A stretch of 63,334 nucleotides of DNA from Gemmatimonadota bacterium. GTDB lineage: Bacteria > Gemmatimonadota > Gemmatimonadetes > Longimicrobiales > RSA9. Made by a program: the position numbers and the translations under genes. Numbering within the stretch: position 1 is the first letter of the stretch; every line of letters starts with the position of its first letter. Shown piece after piece: positions 57,211 to 63,334 of the stretch. The notes below the pieces were generated by a model. That model was given only the letters and a program-made list of their open reading frames with translations. It was not told where the DNA came from and did no database searches. Location: the NCBI GenBank assembly GCA_052389275.1, contig JBQTID010000055.1, forward strand, positions 1 through 63,334, in the 5' to 3' direction.

Positions 57211-57244
57211 GCAAAGCAAAAAGCGCGAGCCGCGCTTATTTTCG
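57211..57244 (-). terminator. candidate bidirectional hairpin terminator after pgeF
   Basis: AAGCGCG AGC CGCGCTT (57221-57237) is flanked by a T/A-rich run on each strand, about 50 nt downstream of the pgeF stop. Confidence 0.5.
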
Positions 57245-57288
57245 ATCACACGGACGTTCACGCACGATGCGCACAGCCCCGCCTCCAT

Positions 57289-58005
57289 CTATCTGACTCC
57301 GATCACGCCGGCCTGCCGCTCCGGCTGACCCGCGCGATGAGAGTAAAATGGTGGATCGCCGCAACGGGTGCAGAAGGACGACGTCGTCATATTTCGCTCC
57401 GGAATGCCCAGCTCGCGGCATTGCCCGGCCAACACCGCACGCAAATCCACGGGCGTGTTGCGGTCCGGTCTCGGCAGCTCGAGTGCTGCATGCACCTCCG
57501 CACCGACCTCGTAGCACTCGCCGCAAATGCCGGGACCAAAATGCACGTGCACCTCGCTGCCCATTATTTCAATACAATTGCGAACTATGCCGGCGGCCGT
57601 GCCGCGCCAGCCGGCGTGCAGCACCGCGACGCGTCTGCGCTCGGCAGCGACCACGAAGACCGGCACACAGTCGGCGACGGAAACCGCGAGCAGCACGCCC
57701 GCGGCAGCAGTGGTATGACCATCGGAATCATCCGCGAGCAGCAATCCTGGAGATTGCGGTCCGTGTTCCAGCACGTGTGCGCCGTGCACTTGGCGGCCGA
57801 GAATGCTGGTCCGCATCGCCGTTGCGCGCCGCAGATTTCTCCATTGAGCGTGCAGTGCTTCGGCGCTCTGCTCGCCGAAGCTCGCGAAATTGCCCGCCTC
57901 GCGGCCGGTCGTTCCCTGCACCAGCCAGGGGAACGTCCGCTGCCATTCCGGGTGAACGAAGAGCGGCACGTCGCCGCGCCGCTCTTCAGTTACCCTCCGT
58001 ATCAC
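57289..58005 (-). CDS. pgeF: peptidoglycan editing factor PgeF (YfiH/DUF152 laccase-domain protein)
   Basis: 238 aa. ADCVPV, HAGWRGTAAGI and CGECYEVG motifs. Confidence 0.85.
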   Translation of the reverse strand: MIRRVTEERRGDVPLFVHPEWQRTFPWLVQGTTGREAGNFASFGEQSAEALHAQWRNLRRATAMRTSILGRQVHGAHVLEHGPQSPGLLLADDSDGHTTAAAGVLLAVSVADCVPVFVVAAERRRVAVLHAGWRGTAAGIVRNCIEIMGSEVHVHFGPGICGECYEVGAEVHAALELPRPDRNTPVDLRAVLAGQCRELGIPERNMTTSSFCTRCGDPPFYSHRAGQPERQAGVIGVR

Positions 58006-58039
58006 GCCCCATCTCCGCGCCCGTCACTCGATATCGACC

Positions 58040-58390
58040 TTAGAAGCTGTCACCAGCGGCAGCGCCGCCGTGCGGGCCGCTGTGCTGCGTTTCCAGGGTA
58101 GCGATGCGAACGCGCAGCGCTTCCAACTCGGCGCGCAAGGCCTCGAACTCCTTGCGTGGCACGAAGTCGACCCGCTCCTTCATATCCTCGAATGCTCCTT
58201 CCGCGCGATGCATGGTATCCTTCGCTGCCTGCTTGACGCGCCCCGGATCGAGGTCGCCGCGCTGCTTGATGTCGTCAATGGTCTCCTCGATCGCATCCTT
58301 CAGGGCGGCGAGAATGCCGGTCACCGCGCGAACGCCTTCCTTGATGCCTTCCCTGGCTTCGTCAACCGGTCTGCGTGTGCCGTCTGTCAT
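58040..58390 (-). CDS. small coiled-coil protein (phasin/UbiK-like)
   Basis: Part of ORF 58040..58528. The start at MTDGTRRPVDEAREGIKEG avoids overlapping murA. The C-terminal part is FVPRKEFEALRAELEALRVRIATLE. Confidence 0.5.
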   Translation of the reverse strand: MTDGTRRPVDEAREGIKEGVRAVTGILAALKDAIEETIDDIKQRGDLDPGRVKQAAKDTMHRAEGAFEDMKERVDFVPRKEFEALRAELEALRVRIATLETQHSGPHGGAAAGDSF

Positions 58391-58400
58391 TTTTGTCTCC

Positions 58401-59696
58401 CTATCGATCTGTATCGCGCGAATCGCCTCGTGAAATGACCGCTCCAAGTGCGCGCAGCCGGTCATCGATCTTTTCGTATCCGCGCTCGATCTGTCCAATG
58501 TTATAGATGTGGCTCTCGCCTTCTGCACCGAGGGCCGCGATCAGCAGTGCCATGCCTGCGCGAATATCCGGGCTTTCGACCGCCGTCGCGTGCAACCGTG
58601 AGGGCCCGACCACTACCGCGCGGTGCGGATCGCACAGCACGACTCTGGCGCCCATGCTGATGATCTTGTCGGCGAAGAACATGCGCGACTCGAACATCTT
58701 CTCGAAGATCAGAATGGTGCCGCGCACCTGGGTCGCGACCACCAGGGCGATCGACGTCAGATCCGCCGGAAACGCCGGCCAGGGTCCGTCATCGATCTTC
58801 GGGATGTGTCCGCCCAGATCCATGCGAACTTCACGTTCCTGGTCCGCCGGCACGAACAAGTCCTTGCCGCGCGCTTCACAGCGAATCCCCATCCGCTCGA
58901 AACCGAGCAGCGTCGAGTCCAGGTGTTCGATCGCCGCATCCTCAATCAGCAGCTCGCCGCGCGTGACCGCAGCCAGTCCGATGAACGATCCGACCTCGAT
59001 ATGGTCACTGCCGATCCGGAAACGGGTGCCATGAAGCCGTGCCACCCCCTCGAATTCGAGCGTACCCGTCCCGATGCCCGAGATTTTCGCGCCCATGCCG
59101 ACCAGCATGTTGCACAAATCCTGTACGTGCGGCTCGGCCGCTGCGTTTCGAATCCGGGTTTTGCCCTTCGCCAGAACGGCCGCCATGACCGCGTTTTCGG
59201 TGGCCGTGACGCTGGGCTCGTCCAGGAACATGTCCGCGCCGCGCAGGCCGCTGGTCTCGAGATGGTAGCCGCCGGAGGTCTCGACTACGGCGCCGAGCTT
59301 CGATAACGCGAGAAAGTGGGTGTCGACGCGACGTCGTCCAATCACGTCCCCGCCGGGCGGCGGCAACAGCATGCGACCGACGCGCGCGAGCATCGGGCCG
59401 GCCAGCAGGATCGACGCACGGATTTTCGCGGCCGCTTCGACTTCGACTTCATTCGCGCTCAGGTTCCTGGCGCGCACGCTGACTGTATTGTCACCCAGCC
59501 ACTCGATATCCGCGCCAAGCGTGCCCAGCAAATTGAGCAATGTCTTCACGTCACGAATAGCCGGAACGTTATCCAGAATCACTTCTTCATCGGTCAGCAG
59601 CGTCGCCGCGATGCACGGCAGCGCCGCGTTCTTATTGCCTGCTGGACGGATCGTGCCGGTAAGTGGATGTCCGCCCTCAACGATAAATTTCGGCAT
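58401..59696 (-). CDS. murA: UDP-N-acetylglucosamine 1-carboxyvinyltransferase
   Basis: Part of ORF 58401..59750, with the start at the ATG 59694-59696 ([27 protein letters not shown]). It has typical MurA blocks throughout. Confidence 0.9.
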   Translation of the reverse strand: MPKFIVEGGHPLTGTIRPAGNKNAALPCIAATLLTDEEVILDNVPAIRDVKTLLNLLGTLGADIEWLGDNTVSVRARNLSANEVEVEAAAKIRASILLAGPMLARVGRMLLPPPGGDVIGRRRVDTHFLALSKLGAVVETSGGYHLETSGLRGADMFLDEPSVTATENAVMAAVLAKGKTRIRNAAAEPHVQDLCNMLVGMGAKISGIGTGTLEFEGVARLHGTRFRIGSDHIEVGSFIGLAAVTRGELLIEDAAIEHLDSTLLGFERMGIRCEARGKDLFVPADQEREVRMDLGGHIPKIDDGPWPAFPADLTSIALVVATQVRGTILIFEKMFESRMFFADKIISMGARVVLCDPHRAVVVGPSRLHATAVESPDIRAGMALLIAALGAEGESHIYNIGQIERGYEKIDDRLRALGAVISRGDSRDTDR

Positions 59697-59751
59697 CCAG
59701 AGAACATACGGGGCGCTTTCCGTGGGCGGCAATACTGCGCAGATTGGCAAA

Positions 59752-60612
59752 ATGGCTTTGGAAACAGTCCGTGTCGGGGTTTACCAGTTCGCCCCGGAAC
59801 TGCGCAACATCGCGCGCAACGTTGCACATGTTTCGCGCGCGGCGGCAATGGCCGCCGCCGACCTGCTCGTAACACCCGAGCTGTCGCTGACCGGCTACGA
59901 CCTGCGCGACGACGTGCATACCTTTGCTCGACCGGTCGTGCCCGGCGCGCGCGCGGCGGAAGTGTTCGAGACGAGTTTCTCCGACCATACAATGCTGATT
60001 GGCGCGGTTGATCGCGCCGATTCCGCGGTTCCTTACAACAGCGCCGCGCTGGTACAGAACGGCACGATCAGCTTCGTGCAGCGCAAGGTGTACCTCCCTA
60101 CCTACGGCATGTTCGACGAAGGCCGCTACTACGGTCGCGGCCGCCGCATCGAACCGCTCACGCTGAATGGCTGGCGCTTCGGCGTGCTGGTTTGCGAGGA
60201 CTTCTGGCATCCGCTGCTCGCATACCTGCACACTCTGCAAGGGGCGCACGCGCTGATCGTGATGGCGGCGGCTCCCGGTCGTGGCGTGTGGACCGGTGGT
60301 GAGGAAGGCGCCTTTTTCGCGTCGACGGATGCATGGGAGAGAATCGCACGCACGTATGCGCAGCTGTACGGCGTTTACGTGATTATCTGTAATCGGACAG
60401 GCGTCGAAGGAGGCGTCACCTTCAGCGGCGAATCGCTGGTCGTCGCGCCCGACGCATCGGTCAGCGCGCGCGCCGGCATCGATGAAGAAATTCTTCAGGT
60501 GGAGCTGGACCCGTCGGCGATTGCGGCCGCGCGCACACCATACGCGCACATTCGGGATGAAGACGCCGCCTTCGCGCTCCACGAGCTACAGCGCATCGTG
60601 AGCGGCGCATGA
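59752..60612 (+). CDS. carbon-nitrogen hydrolase (nitrilase-superfamily) protein
   Basis: Part of ORF 59320..60612, with the start at the ATG 59752 ([15 protein letters not shown]). The Glu (TPELSLTGY), Lys (RKVYLP) and Cys ([10 protein letters not shown]) triad context is present. Confidence 0.8.
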   Translation: MALETVRVGVYQFAPELRNIARNVAHVSRAAAMAAADLLVTPELSLTGYDLRDDVHTFARPVVPGARAAEVFETSFSDHTMLIGAVDRADSAVPYNSAALVQNGTISFVQRKVYLPTYGMFDEGRYYGRGRRIEPLTLNGWRFGVLVCEDFWHPLLAYLHTLQGAHALIVMAAAPGRGVWTGGEEGAFFASTDAWERIARTYAQLYGVYVIICNRTGVEGGVTFSGESLVVAPDASVSARAGIDEEILQVELDPSAIAAARTPYAHIRDEDAAFALHELQRIVSGA

Positions 60613-61130
60613 GCGCTGTCGTGCGTCAACGTGTGGAGCGCATCATCGTTGCGGTATTGCGGCAAACCTTCGCGGCTGCGCGCACTGTCCATTTCACGCT
60701 GATTGGAGACGGTGCTGATGCACGCTTCGCCGCCGCGTTGTGTGAGCTGGCCGGCGCGAGTCCGGGTCCGGGTTTGACCGTCGCCGGCGCGAGCAAAACG
60801 GCGCTGCTGCTAGGCACCGCCGGCTCAGCCGATGTCCTGCCGCTCGGCGATCTATATCATTCCCAGCTGGTCGTGCTGATTGGCGCGGTGCCGCTACCGC
60901 CAGTGGTTGCGGAACTTGCGCACGCGTGTGGCGGCGCCGAGACTCTGGACCATGCGCTTCAACGCTTCTTCGATGAGCGACGGGATTGGGCTGCCGCCAC
61001 CAATGAGCTCGCACCGGCAGCACGCCACATGCTCGAGCATCAGCTCGACGCGGCACGTTTCCGGCGAGCACGCGTAGGCATTGTGCCAAAGCTGGGCGCA
61101 CGCACGCTCGGCATCGATTTGTATGCCTGA
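60609..61130 (+). CDS. truncated, degenerate NAD+ synthetase-like protein
   Basis: 173 aa. LPLGDLYHSQLVVL..PPVVAEL resembles the NadE PIGDLYKTQV..PPSAEL blocks. The position of the SGGxDS PP-loop reads IGDGADA. Its start overlaps the CN-hydrolase stop. Confidence 0.5.
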   Translation: MSAVVRQRVERIIVAVLRQTFAAARTVHFTLIGDGADARFAAALCELAGASPGPGLTVAGASKTALLLGTAGSADVLPLGDLYHSQLVVLIGAVPLPPVVAELAHACGGAETLDHALQRFFDERRDWAAATNELAPAARHMLEHQLDAARFRRARVGIVPKLGARTLGIDLYA

Positions 61131-61172
61131 AGCTGTAACGGGACGGAACCTGGGAACTGGGGGGAGGATTAT

Positions 61173-61697
61173 GTGATTGCAGCTGCCGCGATAGCCATGC
61201 AGGCGGATCCAGCGCTCGTGCAACAGCTCGACAAACTGGCCACGGCACAGGTGGTGATCGCCATCTCGCTGGCCATCGTCGCGCTGGCGATCCTCGGCGT
61301 CGCGGTCGGCGCATTGCTCGCCGCGCGCAAGCTGACCGTGTTGCTGGACCGGACCATGGCGCAGCTCACGCCTAAACTGGATCCGCTGTTGTCGAGTGCT
61401 TCCCGCATTGCCGATGATGCGCAAGACATGAGCTCCGCGCTGAAGTACCGGCTGAACAACGTCCTCGAGACTGTCGATGACATCAACGCACGCGTAAAAG
61501 CAGGCGCCGATGCGGTCGAGGACCGCGTCAAACAGTTCGGCACAGTGGTCGACGTCGTCCAGTCCGAGACCCAGGAGATTCTGCTGGACGCCGCGGCTAC
61601 GGCGCGGGGCGTGCACACGGCTTCGGAAGTATTGCGCTCCGGCAAAGCCGAGCGCATGCCGAAAGGACTTGCCGATGATGACGTTTTCACGGAATGA
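61173..61697 (+). CDS. DUF948-like membrane-anchored coiled-coil protein
   Basis: 174 aa with a GTG start after GGGGAGGA. One TM (VVIAISLAIVALAILGVAVGALLAA), then a helical region. Confidence 0.55.
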   Translation: MIAAAAIAMQADPALVQQLDKLATAQVVIAISLAIVALAILGVAVGALLAARKLTVLLDRTMAQLTPKLDPLLSSASRIADDAQDMSSALKYRLNNVLETVDDINARVKAGADAVEDRVKQFGTVVDVVQSETQEILLDAAATARGVHTASEVLRSGKAERMPKGLADDDVFTE

Positions 61698-61707
61698 GGA
61701 GACCGGC

Positions 61708-61932
61708 ATGAGCGATGAAAGACGCGATTATTTCACGGCCTTTGCGATCGGCGCTATCGTCGGTGTGGGCGCGACCTTGTTGCTCACGAAGCGCGAGACA
61801 GGCGCGCAGCGAATTCTCTACGAGCTGGAGCCGGCGCTGAAACGTGCGCGCAGACAAGCGCGCAAGTTCGGCAGGAGCGCAGGCAAACGCGTGCGCCGCG
61901 GTGCACGGCGCGCATTGCGCGATTGGCGCTGA
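61708..61932 (+). CDS. YtxH-like small membrane protein
   Basis: Part of ORF 61510..61932, with the ATG at 61708 preceded by GAGGAG. MSDERRDYFTAFAIGAIVGVGATLLL followed by a basic tail. Confidence 0.55.
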   Translation: MSDERRDYFTAFAIGAIVGVGATLLLTKRETGAQRILYELEPALKRARRQARKFGRSAGKRVRRGARRALRDWR

Positions 61933-61939
61933 GGCAGCA

Positions 61940-62860
61940 TTGCGCGCTCTGGTGCTGGTGGGCAGCGCCGCGCTGATGGTTCTGCTTCTGCCGGACGCTG
62001 CACTGGCGTTCGGCCCCGCGACCCACGTCTACCTGGGCTCTCACCTGCTGGACACGCTGACGCTGCTGCCGCGCACACTCGCCGATCTGCTGCGTGCGCA
62101 TCCACAGAGCTTTCTATACGGCTCGATGGCGGCCGACATCTCGTTCGCAAAGAAGTACGTGCCCGCAGGGCGGCACTGTCATTTCTGGCATGTCGGCGAG
62201 GAAATTCGCGAAGCCGCGCCCAACGACCGCACGCGCGCCGTCGCCTTCGGCTACCTCGCGCACCTCGCGGCCGACACCATTGCACACAACTACTTCGTGC
62301 CGCGCCAGCTGCTGCTGACCAGCAGCACGAAAGCACTTGGCCACGCGTACTGGGAGCATCGGCTGGACGTACAGCTCGGCGCGCCCTACACAACGCTGGC
62401 CCGTGAGGTCGTGCTCGATTACGATCACTCAGAAGCAGACCATCTGTTCGACAGCGTTTTGAGCGGCACCATTTTTTCCTTCGAGACGAACCGTCGAATC
62501 TTCCGAGGTATGATCCGCTTTCAGGACAACGACCGCTGGCATGCCATTCTCGGCCGCACCATCCAGAGCTCCCGTTGGGGACTCACCGATGCGACCATGG
62601 AAGCGTACCTGTCGCGCGCGTTCGAGTTTATGGTCGATTATCTGCTGCGCGGCCGCGACTCGATGGCCGCGGCGTTCGATCCGGTCGGTGATTTCAATCT
62701 TCAGCTCGCCAAAAAAGTGCGCCGCCTCGCTATGCGAGAAGGCGCTCTGTCTCAGCCACAGCTACTGCACGAGATGGCAGACGACTTCTTTCCATTGCCG
62801 ACTCCCACCACGAGCTATTGGAAGGATGCGGCCAAAGGTGTCGGCGTCTCCAAGGTTTAA
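61940..62860 (+). CDS. zinc-dependent phospholipase C-like family protein (start uncertain: 61940, 61952 or 61976)
   Basis: Part of ORF 61844..62860. Signal-like ALRALVLVGSAALMVLLLPDAALA, then FGPATHVYLGSHLL..YGSMAADISF..FGYLAHLAADTIAHN..GHAYWEH with His-rich metal-binding motifs. Confidence 0.55.
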   Translation: MRALVLVGSAALMVLLLPDAALAFGPATHVYLGSHLLDTLTLLPRTLADLLRAHPQSFLYGSMAADISFAKKYVPAGRHCHFWHVGEEIREAAPNDRTRAVAFGYLAHLAADTIAHNYFVPRQLLLTSSTKALGHAYWEHRLDVQLGAPYTTLAREVVLDYDHSEADHLFDSVLSGTIFSFETNRRIFRGMIRFQDNDRWHAILGRTIQSSRWGLTDATMEAYLSRAFEFMVDYLLRGRDSMAAAFDPVGDFNLQLAKKVRRLAMREGALSQPQLLHEMADDFFPLPTPTTSYWKDAAKGVGVSKV

Positions 62861-62863
62861 TTG

Positions 62864-63203
62864 TCACCGCAGAGCACGCAGAACACGCTGAGACGCTTCG
62901 GTGCATCCGCAAATGCGCCGTACATACTGTCATTCAGATTTTGGCGATGAGGGGATGGAAACGGCGATATTGGCGATGCATCGTCGGCGGCCGGTGACTC
63001 TCTGTGCATACCTGCTTCAGTTTTTATTGTATTTACCGCTGCGCGGGCTTCTATGATCTAGCGATACCTGGAACGGTTTTCAAACTCAAGTAAAGATGTT
63101 TGCCGCGCGGGCATGCGGCGGATTTACGACACAGCATCGCCATAATCGCCGTTCAAATCCCCTTATCTCCTATGCTCTGCGAGTTCAGCGGGCTCTGCGG
63201 TGA
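62864..63203. repeat. compound nested inverted repeat with AT-rich ~150-bp core (MITE-like or structured-RNA-like)
   Basis: Outer arms are TCACCGCAGAGCACGCAGAACACGCTGAGAC and its imperfect reverse complement ..GCTCTGCGAGTTCAGCGGGCTCTGCGGTGA. Inner arms are GGCGATGAGGGGATGGAAACGGCGATATTGGCGATGC and GCATCGCCATAATCGCCGTTCAAATCCCC. Both arm pairs show 9-nt periodicity. The core at 62981-63133 is visibly lower in GC. Confidence 0.8.
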
Positions 63204-63213
63204 AAATAACGCG

Positions 63214-63334
63214 TTATAGCTCTTTCTGCAGATTCGCATACCGCACTACGACTTTCTTCCGCCCGACGCCCTCGAAATCGATCACCGCTTTGAGATCCTG
63301 TCCGAAGCCGGACAGCTCGCGGATGGTGCCGCGG
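63214..63334 (-). CDS. 3' end of an unidentified gene (5' part beyond window edge)
   Basis: The minus frame reads ..RGTIRELSGFGQDLKAVIDFEGVGRKKVVVRYANLQKEL then TAA at 63214-63216. I recognised no family. Confidence 0.4.
   Translation of the reverse strand, partial: RGTIRELSGFGQDLKAVIDFEGVGRKKVVVRYANLQKEL

Noticed and set aside
54002-57214. Extended N-termini suggested by the longest-ORF calls. These are the SusC-type gene to 57214, DUF503 to 45738, rimP to 50825, murA to 59750, the CN-hydrolase from 59320, lysA to 27141 and FAH to 7761.
   Set aside because: The extra residues precede obvious signal peptides or conserved N-termini. They overlap neighbouring genes or repeats and lack conservation-like features. 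The internal starts fit the motifs and gene spacing better.
62981-63133. Specific ncRNA identity (6S, SRP, tmRNA or RNase P) for the AT-rich core of the nested inverted repeat.
   Set aside because: I could not find any of the conserved sequence signatures of these RNAs by eye. The region is kept only as an unclassified structured or MITE-like element.
1-63334. tRNA, rRNA and riboswitch genes.
   Set aside because: No T-arm GGTTCGAAT-like context with a cloverleaf was found in any intergenic gap. The one TTCGAATCC-like string, near 59145, is inside murA coding sequence. The intergenic gaps are otherwise occupied by the repeat elements, terminators or short promoter regions.

Overview
High-GC, densely coding bacterial chromosome segment with about 60 protein genes. 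I found no rRNA, tRNA, CRISPR array, transposase or integrase. From about 24.2 kb to 59.7 kb every gene is on the minus strand. These form conserved housekeeping blocks: guaA-lysA-proS-hisS; folC-accD; rodA-mrdA-mreDCB; dut-ald-M16 peptidase-pnp-rpsO; ribF-truB-rbfA-DUF503-infB-L7Ae-nusA-rimP; and murA. A SusC/SusD/GH18 locus and a DUF4159/DUF4175-type envelope operon point to an FCB-superphylum, Gemmatimonadota-like organism. That assignment is inference only.

The main unexplained signal is non-coding. Almost every sizeable intergenic gap holds an array of short tandem units (period 6, 8, 9 or 13 nt, or GC-rich GCGGGCGC-type) mirrored by a reverse-complement array, giving long imperfect hairpins. 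Several sequence families share this one architecture. The arrays often overlap stop codons or coding 3' ends, or abut the next start codon.

Other items worth a second look:
- an OsmC-like gene interrupted by an in-frame TGA exactly where the catalytic Cys is expected (candidate selenoprotein)
- clpB reading without a stop into a lipoprotein-like module
- a RadC-type JAB domain fused to a DinG helicase
- truB without a canonical start codon
- a decayed duplicate of the guaA 3' end
- a 30-bp in-frame duplication of the EAL motif
- a split, degenerate NadE-like pair
- a promoter-plus-terminator leader ahead of rimP-nusA-infB

All functional calls come from reading the translations and motifs by eye. 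No database search was run.
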